The notes under the pieces: model-generated
The model's database searches: none
Seen by the model: only the letters and a program-made list of their open reading frames with translations
Told to the model about the DNA's origin: nothing
Origin: Octopus vulgaris
Lineage: Eukaryota
DNA: 64,000 nucleotides
NCBI GenBank assembly: GCA_951406725.2
Contig: OX597821.1
Span: 80,290,001-80,354,000, forward strand
Direction: 5' to 3'
Translations under genes and position numbers: made by a program
Shown here: positions 1-12,139 of the stretch, one piece after another
Layout: each line of letters begins with the position of its first letter
How positions within the stretch are numbered: the stretch's first letter is position 1

Positions 1-357
1 CACCACCACCACCACCACCACTACCAGCAGCACCATTAACACGACTAACATCAACATCAACAATATGTCATCACGATCATCAAAGTATCGACTGCAAGAA
101 ATAGCAGCCAAATCTCTCACAGCTTCAACTCTAACGTCTTAACTAATATAGTATAAAAAGAAATAAAATAAAACAAAAAATAAACCAGCTGAGATCATCC
201 TGACGGAAACACTTTTGATCATAGATGCGCTTGTTTAACCCCCGGCCAATCCTAGCAGAGTTCAGGGAAATCTGGCTGTTATATTTAGCAATTTTAGCGT
301 CCACTTAGTGGCTTCTTCGCTTGCCCGTAACGAAGTTATCGTTGCTATTAGAGTTGA

Positions 358-414
358 AGGTGGTGGTGGTGGTGGTGGTAGTGGTGGTAGTGGTGGTGGT
401 GGTGGTGGTGGTGG
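358..414. repeat. (GGT)n microsatellite; (CAC)n also at 1-30
   Basis: Directly visible; explains the poly-Gly ORF 308..562. Confidence 0.95.
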
Positions 415-1034
415 CCGTGTATTGGCTAAGTTGAAGAGGTGGGTGGAGGGAGTTGGTATTAATATTATTGCTGCTGCTGCTGCTGTTGTTTTTGTTGTTG
501 CTGAAATAAGAGAGGACGGCCGAAGAGTTGGGAGATACAGAGATAGAAAACCGAGTTATTGAATGAGAGGAAGAGAGAGAGTAGAGAAAACAATGAGGTT
601 GTCTATGAGTTCGCGCGCGTTTGTGTGTGCGAGTGTGCGTGTGTGTTTGAATTCTATAGTATATATATGTATGCGGTGGTGATGGTGGTAGAGGAATTCA
701 TACGACCGAGAGTATTGATGTCTTTAGTGAGTCTCTCGCCTGGTGTCGACGTTCATAGATTTCATGTACAGATGTGTTTCTGCGTGTAAAGTGGGCGCAC
801 GCAGATGCGATAATGCGATTAAGACGTTGCATTTCCGACCATGTGGTTCAGCGTTCGATCCCATAACGCGCAATATTAGGAAATTTGACTATTACCACAT
901 TAGCCTGTGGATGAATAACAAATGCCTTGTGAAAAGAATCTTTTCTGATAGGACTAATAGCTTATGAACGTAGTACACACGCATTTATACACGTGTGTGT
1001 GTGTGTGTGTATTCACTCATATATATGTATACAC

Positions 1035-1070
<36 letters not shown>

Positions 1071-1545
1071 TTAACGTCCGTTGTCCATGCTGGCATGAGT
1101 CGGACGATTTGACCGCGGTGGCACGCTGCACCGGGCTCCTGTTTGATATGGCATGGTTTTCTACGGTTGCATACCCTTCCTAACGCTAACCAGCCCGAGA
1201 GTGTAATACGCCGACACGGGTGCCATTTGCGTGACACCATGGTACTTTTACGTGCCACCAGCATGGCCGACATTTGCGTCACACCGGTATCTGACACAAC
1301 TGCGATTTTGCTCGGCTTGAAGGGTTTTCTTATCAAGCACGACATAATGTCAAAGGTCTTGGTCATTACCTCCGTGAGGCCCAACACTCGAAAGGAACTC
1401 AGCTACTTTGTCTCCACGAAGTCCAACGCTCGAAAGGTGTCCTTTACGTGCCACCAACACGGGTTCCAGTTACACCACGACCATGATTTCACTTGGCTTG
1501 ACGGGTTCTCTCATGCGCAGTACATCGCTAAAGATCTCGGTCACT
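1035..1545 (-). mobile_element. Non-autonomous RTE-related retroelement with (ATG)n tail and duplicated internal modules
   Basis: Minus strand ends ...CATGCCAGCATGGACAACGGACGTTAAATGATGATG. It contains GGTTAGCGTTAGGAAGGGTATGCAACCGTAGAAAA, resembling the RTE 5' UTR motif of bipartite RTE elements. 1240-1365 and 1440-1545 are diverged copies of each other. Confidence 0.6.
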
Positions 1546-1550
1546 ATTTT

Positions 1551-1666
1551 TTAGGCCTAGTACTTATTATATCGGTCCCTTTTTCCAAAACGAACCGCTA
1601 AGTTACGAGGATGTAAACACACTAACACCGGTTGTCAAGCAGTGATAGGACAAACACAGATACAAA

Positions 1667-1699
<33 letters not shown>

Positions 1700-1752
1700 C
1701 TAGGTTCTTTCTGTTTCCGTCTATCAAATCCACTCACAAGGCTTTGATCAGC
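1551..1752 (-). mobile_element. SINE family A, internal fragment
   Basis: Matches the middle of the full copies at 45940 and 59971. Confidence 0.75.
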
Positions 1753-1944
1753 GGGTACAAGGCTTTAGATGTGCTGGTACTAGTTCTTTACAGCCGTTTC
1801 TGCGAAGAGGCAAGAAAATCTTTCAGGTTATCTCCATCACTTCAATGTTATGCAGGGATGAACAGACAACGCTTGAGTAATGGATGTGCCCCTAGGTTTC
1901 TTCAGAGAGTCTAAGTAGTTTTGTGTGTGGGGGGTAACACATTT

Positions 1945-2137
1945 TTTTCTTTTATCTCTTGTTTCAGTTATTAGTCTACGGCCATGCAGGGGCATCACCT
2001 TAAAGATATTTTGTCGAGCGAATCGACACCAGTACTTATGCTTTAAAACCCTGGTTCTCTCGGTTCTTTTGGAGACGTAAACACACCAAGACCGGTTGTT
2101 ACGCGGTAGAGGCTGACAAATACAAATACAAACACAA

Positions 2138-2179
<42 letters not shown>

Positions 2180-2343
2180 TGACTTGATTCTTTAAGTTTT
2201 CCACGATCAAATCCACTCACAAGGTTTTGGTCAGCCGCAGGCTTGAGTGGAAGGTACTTGTCCGAGATGCCTCGCAGTGGGACTGAACCTGGAATCATAT
2301 GGTTGGGAAGCAAACTTTTTACCACACAGCTACATCTGCTCCT
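1945..2343 (-). mobile_element. SINE family A, diverged near-full copy
   Basis: Head ...GTGTGGTAAAAAGTTTGCTTCCCAACCATATGATTCCAGGTTCAGTCCCACTGCG, central (TA)n, tail ...ACTGAAACAAG. Confidence 0.85.
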
Positions 2344-2351
2344 ATATGATA

Positions 2352-2520
2352 TATTATTTTCTACTCTAGGAACAAGGCCCGAAATTTGTGGGGAGGGGCC
2401 AGTCGATTAGATGAACCCCAGTATGCGACTGGTACGTAATTTATCGACCCCGAAAGGATGAAAAGCAAAGTTGACCTCGGCGGAATTTGAACTCAGAACG
2501 TAAAGACAGGCGAAACATCT
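2352..2520 (-). mobile_element. SINE family B, tail variant 2, 5' truncated
   Basis: Core TTTCATCCTTTCGGGGTCGATAAATTACGTACCAG; tail CCCCTCCCCACAAATTTCGGGCCTTGTTCCTAGAGTAGAAA. Confidence 0.85.
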
Positions 2521-2619
2521 ATATGATATATTATAAAAAGCTGATGATATATTAGGTATTTCTAGAATTTCAGCGTATGAACTTGGAGAAATAGAAGAAA
2601 CTATCGAAGAAACAATTTA

Positions 2620-3010
2620 CAAAGGCACGTTTTCCGGTTCTTTACGTCCTGAGTTCAAATTCCACCGAGGTCAGCTTTGTCTTTCATTCTTCTGGGTTCA
2701 ATTAATATAAAGTACCAGTTAAGCAATTGAAGTCGATATAATCGACGAACCTCCTCAACTAAAATTGCTAATTTTGAGCGAAATTTTGAAACAGTTAAAA
2801 GCAGTGAGCAAACAGAGTCGTTGGTGTGCCGGACAAAATGCTCAGCAGTGTTTCATCCGTCTTTGCCTTCTGTGTTCAAATTCCACTGAAGTTGATTTTG
2901 CTTTTCATTCTTTCGGAGTCGATCACTTAAGTATCAGTTGAGTCCTACAGTCAATGCAATCGACTTGCCCCTCCCCACAAATTTTAGGCTTTGTGTCTGT
3001 AGTAGAAGGA
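2620..3010 (+). mobile_element. Two adjacent diverged SINE B copies (tail 2)
   Basis: GTTCAAATTCCAC...CTTTCATTCTT...GTA(C/T)CAGTT occurs twice (about 2620-2795 and 2800-3010). Confidence 0.75.
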
Positions 3011-4063
3011 ATTATAATGATTATAAAGAATATTTTTCACACTTACCGCAAATCTTTTTTGAAATGTTTTCTTTCTCCTTTTATTTATTTTTTTATTTTA
3101 GATAACACTCTAAACTCAGAATCATAGTAAATATTTAAATAGTTGGACGATGCTTTAGAAGCTTATGGGGATCGATAAAATTAGTACCAGTCGAACGCAG
3201 GGGTCGATGTAACCGACTTGCCTTCTCTTTCGAAACTTCTGGTCTTATGCCAAAACTTGAAAGCAATATTAAAGCTATAAACCCCATCGATGTAGAAAAA
3301 CACTAATAAAAACTGTTTAAGCAACAATGAAAAATTTGCACTTTTGTGGTCAATTAAAAAAAATCGATCAAGGGCATTTTAAAAAGAAATGCTTTTGTTA
3401 GAATTTTGCAGTGCAATCTCTGTTTTGTTGTTGTTGTCGAGATCTTTGGCATTCACTGCTTTTTCGCTATCGTCTGTTTCTTTGGCATTGCAGTAGTGGG
3501 AGTTAATTAATCTACAAACATAACAACTATCAGACAATTTTGAGGGTGAAATGACCATTTAGTTACTATATTTGTCTCTGTGTGTTGTGATAATATGAGT
3601 AAAGCATTTTATTATAGGTTTAACTGGCGAAAAATGATTTGGAGTGTAGCAATAATTTGATTTAGAGAACAGTGTAAAAATACTAATAAAATTATGGAAA
3701 CATGTACCAAAATTATTAAACCAAACACTTATATATACATTCGTATGTGTACGTCCATAAATATATTTCTCCCACAATATGTTAGAAAGAAACATTGATT
3801 TCGTCTCAACGTTGAAAATCTAAAAATGTGTATTTTATTGGCCTTTATGACCGGAACAAGAGTTACCGTTAAAAAATCCAGCACATATAAATAAAAAAAA
3901 TTTCAATATTATTTTACAAATATTGCATAGAATAAGAAAAATATATGCAATTTGATTTTCAATTCCAGAATACAAATCACAATTTATTAAAATTTTATAG
4001 GGAAGGGGTAATGTTTTAAATAAATAATTTAAGATGGAAGAAAAATTGTCTTCCTTTTTTACT

Positions 4064-4114
<51 letters not shown>

Positions 4115-4353
4115 TTTAATTCTTTGTTTCTCTTTCTCTCTGTTTTTTCCTTCTCTCTTTTCCACCACACTTATAAAAAGGTATTACTACTAATATTGAT
4201 ATGATAAAATGGTTTTACCAACTCAGAGCAAATTACCTACATACTTACAAAGATACATACATACGTACATACATACATACATACATACATTTATACACGT
4301 ACATACATACATACATACATGCATACATACATACATACATACATACATACATA

Positions 4354-5380
4354 CAGCGTGCAAGGGGTATTTAAGGACAATTAATTATCAGTATATTAAT
4401 CTCTTCAAACTAGTCAAAAGGAATTTTTATTTCTTTCTGCAGATAAAATGCAAATACAAGAAATGAAAAGATATGCAGTCAATGTTGCGAAAGATACCAA
4501 TTTGCAAATTATCACCTTTCTAAATGTTGCAGCATCTTTTGAGCAAAGAATTTGATGGAATTGGAAGTTTCTGCCGAGGATGTTTCAAACTGTCGGACAC
4601 TAAAAGGATACCACAATTCGTCCAAGGTGTTCCAAACACTATCGATGATAATCCCGGAAAATCAATGAAGGTTATCGCCAAAGAACCGCAGGTGTCAGAG
4701 TGAATTATGCACGAAGACATTCAATACGAGTATGTATTGCGGCGAGGCCAATCCATGTCTACAACAACATAGGAAAACTGTTTGTTCCATTCCAAGCAGT
4801 TACGCTACTAGATGACACGCTTTGGTTCTCTGATGAGAAAAACCTCGAGAAAGACCAAAAACTCAACAGGAGACATGACAGATGGAGAAATGTTCAGATC
4901 ATTCTGGTCTTCCCAGAGTAATGCGTGCTAAGTTTTCACGGAGTCATCTTTTCATGGAGTCATCTTTTCACGGAGTCATCTTTTCATGGATGTCAGATAA
5001 TCTTTACGATTCATATACCAAACTTGTGGCTTTCAAATTCACCAGGTTTAAATCCCATGGACTGGTATGTTTGGAGCGATATTGAAAGAGAGACTAATCC
5101 ACATTCTCTCAAAACCATGGTTTCACTGAATGCTACAATTGTCCAGCTGATGTCCAAAATGAATAAGAACCATTTAGTGCAAGCGTCTCAACAATCGAGT
5201 TCACACGTTGAAGCAGTCATCGAAGTTGATGGGGGATTCATCGAAAAATCTTATTTTTAAAAAACCTTATCGAGAATATGCGCACATTTTTTTTTCATCC
5301 AAATACATTCAATTTCTTGCTAGATTAGAGGTGCTTTTATTAAATTATCAAATATGTTCTGAAATACCTCTCGCACCCTG
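4354..5380 (+). mobile_element. Tc1/mariner superfamily relic, maT/DD37D-like, internally deleted
   Basis: Imperfect TIRs CAGCGTGCAAGGGGTATTTAAGGACA and (reverse complement) CAGGGTGCGAGAGGTATTTCAGAACA, left one after TA. Transposase remnants WFSDEKNLEKDQKLNRRHDRW and NLWLSNSPGLNPMDWYVWSDIE (compare WPPNSPDLNPxD), broken by frameshifts. Confidence 0.85.
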
Positions 5381-5418
5381 CATATACACTTACAAATATA
5401 TACACACGCGCACACACT

Positions 5419-6220
5419 CAGGTCGTCCAGAAAGTAATGCAAAAGCAAGCATACATTTTTTATTAATAAGCTTACGTCTTCCGACTTACACATATTAGTG
5501 GAATAACTCTTCCTGTATACACCCATATTACTCAACGTTGTGTCCATCGTAAGCGATGCTTTTATTCTATTAGAGAGCTCAACGCCCAAATTCTATTTGA
5601 TATATTCAGATGTCCTCTGTTGTACACATTCCTCAGACGCTTTCACCTTGATGACACGTTGTTGCGGCCCGTACAGAAAATCATGGTTTTTCTTTTGTTG
5701 TTTTATTTTTGTAATAACGGACGTCCTTCTTCATTTTCCGGAGACAGTTACACTGGACGCAACGAGAAGTACAACGAAACGCGCAAAAACACACACACAA
5801 AAAAAAAAAAGCAAAGAGGCCATTAGCCGGAAGAGGCGAGGCAGAATCTCAATCCGATTCATAGTCAATATGAAAACGCGCAACCATATATCGTTGGTAA
5901 GAAATTAGGCAATTAGCAAACCGGACAATCATCGGATCCACATCCACTGTACAACCTGGAATCTGGGTCCTCCGATTTTTAACTGTTTAATCCAGTGAAG
6001 GGCAGTCTTTGAGGACAATGGTCGATTTCATAACGCAGACAAAATAAAAAAGCCTCACAAATTGGAAAACAGAGCGGAACTCGTTATTTTCCTGCAATAA
6101 AAACAGGAAGAAAAGATAAGATAGAGGAAGAGTTACTCCACCAACGTGTGGAATTTCAATGACATCAGTTAATAAATATGTTTTGCCAACTTTTGCATTT
6201 TTTTTGTGGGGGAACCCTAA
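5419..6220 (+). mobile_element. Highly degraded mariner relic
   Basis: 5941-6020 translates HPLYNLESGSSDF*LFNPVKGSL*GQ (compare HPPYSPDLAPSDFHLF..LK..LRG); weak inverted ends sharing AATGCAAAA. Confidence 0.5.
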
Positions 6221-6366
6221 TATTACGTATGATATATAATATTCAGAATATAACTACTCCGCCACACACACAACACGCACATAACACGCATACTGACATA
6301 TATGTATACATACATACATACATACATACATACATACATACATACATACATACATACATACACACG

Positions 6367-6410
<44 letters not shown>

Positions 6411-6480
6411 ATATTCAAAATATAACTACACACACTCACGCACACATATTTAAACATATATGCATATATGTATATATACA

Positions 6481-6893
6481 TCTATTATATAAAATCCGTT
6501 CTATCTGTGTGTGTGTGTGTGTGTGTGTCTTCTAGGATCTCGGGCATCCTCCATCCGATTGCGCCCAAATTTGATATGTAGATACCGACAGTATCAGGGC
6601 GTGTATAAATCTTGAAGAAATTACAAAATTCGATTCCAGGTGAGAATGCGATCGATAAAGCCATGGGAACGTGCATTTGTACGCGCAAGTACATAAGCTG
6701 TTGCGATGGATACTACGCATGCGCGAGAAAAAGTCTCTCTTTATTTCTTCTTTTGCTGGTGTCTCAAATTTAGGTTAAATCAGTGTTTCTCAAAAGGGAG
6801 GCCTATGGGACGGTCGGACAAGTTGTTCTGAGAAAATTTGGTTTAAATGTTTGACAACTCAGCACCGTCCATTGGACGGGGGCGTTTTGCTCG
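6481..6893 (+). mobile_element. Complete non-autonomous Helitron
   Basis: A|TCTATTATATAAAA start, internal (TG)n, subterminal hairpin CCGTCC-ATT-GGACGG, end CTCG|T (CTAG with one change); inserted between A and T without TSD. Confidence 0.75.
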
Positions 6894-6939
6894 TATACAT
6901 ATATACATATATATATTGTGTCTATGCATACAAATATCC

Positions 6940-7256
<317 letters not shown>

Positions 7257-7514
7257 CGCAAGCTCCACACAGAGATAAGCAAGAGAGCTTGAATATAATA
7301 TTTTGTATAAATTCTGGGAGGCGATGAGACAATGTAAAAGTTGAGAGGAAAGTAGCGAAAAGAGGGACCAACTGGGAATTATATGAGGATTGAAGGGTCA
7401 GCAAGTTCGAAAGCGTGCAGAGGAGGGTCCCATGGTTGTAGCAAAGGGAAATGACGGAGGGCACAGAGGGATGGAAGATGGCGATTTCCTGGATGTCATC
7501 TACTCTGCTTCTAT

Positions 7515-8061
7515 GCATGTATGTATGTATGTATGTATGTATGTATGTATGTATGTATGTATGTATGTATGTATGTATGTATGTGTGTATGTATGTATGT
7601 ATGTGTGTATGTATGTATGTATGTGTGTATGTATGTATGTATGTATGTATGTATGTATGTATGTATGTATGTATGTATGTATGTCTGTATGTATGTATGT
7701 ATGTGTGTATGTATGAACGTATGTATGTATTTATGTGTATGTATATATGTATATATGTATGTATGTAAGTATGTATGTATGTATGTATGTATGTATGTGT
7801 GTGTGTATGTATGTATGTATGTATGTGTGTGTGTATGTATGTATGTATGTATGTATGTATGTATGTATGTATGTATGCATGTGTGTATGTATGTAAGTAT
7901 GTATGTATGTATGTATGTATGTATGTATGAATGTATGAATGTATGTAAGTATTTATGTGTATGTATGTATATATGTATGCAAGTATGAATGTGTGTGTAT
8001 GTATGAATGAATGTATGCGTGTATTTTGGGAAAATATTACTGTAAATATGTGTGTGAGTGA

Positions 8062-8098
<37 letters not shown>
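7515..8098. repeat. (TATG)n and (TG)n microsatellite block
   Basis: Directly visible. Confidence 0.95.
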
Positions 8099-8102
<4 letters not shown>

Positions 8103-8249
8103 CGTTTCACTATCCCATTTGTCTGTACAGTTTTCTGGTGTCTGTAAGAATTTGCACCCTCTCAACAGACGGAACACCTGTTCAGGACCGGAAAATGGAA
8201 ACCTAGCCCATGCGGAGAAGTATAACTCCATACTCACACACATACAGAC

Positions 8250-8306
<57 letters not shown>

Positions 8307-8955
8307 AAACCACACACACACATACACACACGCAAAACCACACACCATACATACGCATATACACAAATATCTATGCATGTTTCTACAATTTGAGTATCTC
8401 CATAAGCAATTATACAGAAATGTCTATCAACAGCTGAACGTGTGTATGTGTGATTATGTTTGTCACATATATAGACAAGTGTGTTTAAACACCCACATAT
8501 ATGTATGGATCTATATATATGTATGTGTATGTGTGTGTGAGTGTGTGTGTGTATGTGCATGAAGTATATATATATATATTCATAAATACATATACACACA
8601 CACATATATATGTATATCCAATAAATATGTGTGTGTGTGTGTAACACCTGCAGAAACAAAGTGATATTGAAAGTATACGTAGTGATATCTTTGTAAACAA
8701 ATGATGGCATCTTTTTATCAGTTTATTTGTCTGTCTGTCTGTCTATTAATTAATCTGTTTCTTTACATGCCTATGTGTGTGTGAATCTGTGTATGTGTGT
8801 ATATATGCATGTATGTATATATTCATTTATATATACACACACGCACTTATAGATATACACATTTTTTTACATATATATATAAATTTGTGTATGTATATAT
8901 GTGTGTGTATAAAGATATATATACATATATATACATATATATTATACACACTCGT

Positions 8956-9324
8956 AAAAATAGGACAAGAACGCGAAACATCCAGACTGACGATACAAAG
9001 AAAATAAGAAGGGGTCATTCGGAGTTTTCTTTTCTCAGTCGAGTCCCAGATTATATTTGCATTTTCGGCTGGTTATATTCGAGTTTACTCCAATCTGGCC
9101 AGCCCCAAGGAAAAACTAAGCTAAGAGCACTAGATTCCTTGGAAGTAAGCAGCGAATGTATACGAAAACAAGGACGGAAAATGCGGAGAAATGATACACG
9201 AATACAAATAACAGGATATTAACAACAGGTGTCTTTCGACTAAGAACGAATTAAATAAAGCTGGCGTGATCCCTTTTTTGTATCGCCTAACTGTCTGGAT
9301 GTTTTGCATTCTTGTCCCATTTTT
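8956..9324. mobile_element. Dispersed repeat with about 45 bp imperfect inverted ends, possible Penelope-like terminal repeat rearrangement
   Basis: AAAATAGGACAAGAACGCGAAACATCCAGAC vs reverse complement of right end AAAATGGGACAAGAATGCAAAACATCCAGAC; related sequence at 12675-12815. Confidence 0.6.
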
Positions 9325-9456
9325 GTATATATAGCGGCATACGTACACTTTAATCTCTCTCTCTCTCTCTTTCCTCGAATGAGGCTTTTACATGCCGAAG
9401 ACTACTTGGTGTAATTGATAATTATTCCAAATTAATTAATTTCACCCTTCATTATT

Positions 9457-9524
<68 letters not shown>

Positions 9525-9682
9525 CCACCTATACCTGGATATAACTCACTCAACAAGAACTCACTACTTGAATGGACCATAATACCACAAAACATGGCTT
9601 AAAAAGGATTTAGATGATCCTATCAGGTGGTGCTATTAAGTTAGACATGGCCTGGACCAATCTTGGGTCGAAACATATCTAA

Positions 9683-9751
<69 letters not shown>

Positions 9752-9755
<4 letters not shown>

Positions 9756-11350
9756 TAATCCAAACGGGAAAACAGAAAAAACAACAACGCGTGGAAGAAT
9801 TACAGTATTATTATTATTAGGCGCTCAGGAAAATGGAAGAAGGAGGGCATGACGTTTCGAGCGGAGCTCTTCGTCGGAAACATAGGAGAAAGAAAGATCC
9901 CGAGACGGGTGGACAGAGGAAAAAAAATTGCAGGTAGTCTTCACGAGGTCACATACTAAAAAGACGGAAGTGGTAGAAAAGGAGGAAAATGTTTTTTAAA
10001 AACAGGAGAGCTGAATCAAAGGGAATGGTAAATAAGGTGTGCGAGATGACGAGGGTGTGTGTGTGAGTGTGTGCGTGTGTGTGTATGTGTGTGTATGGTG
10101 GACAGTGGCTAGTAGCAGGCAGTAGTAGAATTAAAAGAGTGGTGTGGGGGTACCCTAGCAAGTCAGAAAGGCAGATCAGAAACAGGGAGGTATGTGTGTG
10201 TGCGTGTGTGTGTATGTGTGAGTGTGTGCGTGTGCGTGTGTGTATGTGTGTGTGAGGCGAGATAAAAAACAAAAAATATGTATATGTTAGTGCGTGCAGG
10301 GCGAACGGAAGACATAGCAAGTCTCGAGTGAGTGGTCAGTGGTAAAAAAAGAGAGGAAGGAGGGAAGAAGGGAAGGAGGGAAAGGGTGGGGCGTATGTAA
10401 CGTGCCAGTGTGTGTGTTGAGTGGTAGTGTGTGTGTGTCCAGTGTGCGTAGTTGTGTGTATGGCAAGTAAATTTGAAGTGTGTGTAAGTGTAATGTATAT
10501 ATATATGCAAATGTGTGTGTGTGAGCGGGTGTGTGTATGTGTGTGCGTGTGTGTACAAAGAGGGGGGGTAAGGAAAAAACTGCAGCGGAGGGGGGGAAAG
10601 GGGAAGTTGGAAGAGTGGTCCCGCGGCGACAGGCGTGGGAGAACCCAAAGACACGCGCCGGCCCCAGATACGTACAGGAGATCTAGTCGGTCACCCACGA
10701 GCGTGGTGCATGCATGCGTGTATGCGTGCGCGAACGTGCACAAGTGTGTATGTGCGCGCGCCTGCGAGTGTGTGTGTAAGTATGTATGTGTGTGGATGTG
10801 TGAGTGTGTCTGTGTGTAAGTCTGGGTGTCAGTGTGTCCGATGAATGTATGTAAGTATGTGTGTGTATATGTGTGTATATAGATGTATGTCCGTGTGTGT
10901 GTGTGTGTGTATGTGTATGAGTGTGTATGTATGTACGTGTGTGTGTGTGGAAGTGTGTGTATGTGCATGTGTGTGCGCGTACATGCAGGTGTGTGAGTGA
11001 GTGTGTGTGTATGTATGTATGTGTGAGTGTGTATGTCTGTGTGTGTAGGATGCATGTATGTGTATGGGTGTATATGGTCCTTCCTTATTGTTCTAGTAGT
11101 GCTTTCTCCATTGCTTCCATAATCTTCCTACGTATTTATCGTAAGTGCTTCAGCGTTATGCGGGAAGAAAAAACTGGTCTTGTTCGAGTGACTAATGCTG
11201 TGCGCAATCCTTGCAGATTCCTGGTGTTTGATGATATTTGTTATGCTAATATTCACGAACCACCAATGGTCAGTATAAGGTTGCGTGCATTTGCTTTTAA
11301 CACGCTTCGGTGCATTAAAAAGTATTCGCATGCAGAAGTTTGTTGTCGAA
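9752..11350 (-). mobile_element. Putative Penelope-like element remnant: hammerhead-bearing terminal repeat, microsatellite-filled interior, degenerate ORF fragment
   Basis: 9752-9950 is homologous to 12140-12330 and 54379-54550 and abuts (TA)n. Minus-strand 11080-11350 gives a stop-interrupted frame ending IRRKIMEAMEKALLEQ. The distal boundary is uncertain. Confidence 0.5.
9847..9881 (-). ncRNA. Minimal type I hammerhead ribozyme motif, family H1 copy 1 (U4C)
   Basis: GTTT-CCGACGA-A-GAGC-TCC-GCTC-GAAA-CG-TC-ATGC. Confidence 0.65.
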
Positions 11351-11711
11351 GATGAATTTCTCTTTATATATACTTGTACATTGAAGGTAAAATCACATAG
11401 AGCCGAGCTTCAGGTAAATCAGCAAATTACCAGCCACAGCTACATTTTGGAAGCAATGGGAAAAGCACTATTACCGATAGGGGATAAAACAAATTTATGA
11501 TAAAATCTGTTTATACACACCTGCATACTATTATAGACTATATATCATTCCTTTTGTTTATTTTTATTCCTCATAAATGCAGTCATTACACCTACTCGTT
11601 TTTATCTGACATACATACATACATACATACATGCATGCATACATACATACATACATACATACATACATGCATACATACATACATACATACATACATACAT
11701 ACATACATACA

Positions 11712-11742
<31 letters not shown>

Positions 11743-12122
11743 GACTGTTGCCCTGCTGGAACTTTCACGATCTTTCAGGTCAAAATTTTCTGTTGTAAAC
11801 CTAGCGAACCATTTACGAACAATACTTTCAGCTATGACACCATCTTCATAGATAGGCACGTATCTTCTTTGCTGTTTATGTAACGTTTTTTGCCTTTCCG
11901 GAAATAAAAAAAAGCATTAATTAATTTCAGATTCCTTCATTTTCAATTTTATTGTAAGAACAATAGAAGTAAATAATCCGCACAAAATTCAACTAAAAAA
12001 ATGCGTTAAGATCTCTTTAAGAAAATATAGATATGCCATATGTTCTTGTCACGTGATAAAACAGATCACGTGATTAAACATAACCAACTGAAAAACTCGA
12101 TGAACTATTTTTCTAAGGTAAT
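11743..12122 (-). mobile_element. mariner 5' fragment (transposase HTH region)
   Basis: IYEDGVIAESIVRKWFARFTTENFDLKDRESSSRA (compare TVRKWFARFRSGNFDLEDxxRSGRP); TIR-like TATTACCTTAGAAAAATAGTT at the end. Confidence 0.8.
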
Positions 12123-12139
12123 ATATATAATTAATAAAA

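Noticed and set aside
7390-7440. FESVQRR resembling a CR1 C-terminal motif
   Set aside because: Too short, with stops around it and no other CR1 motif.
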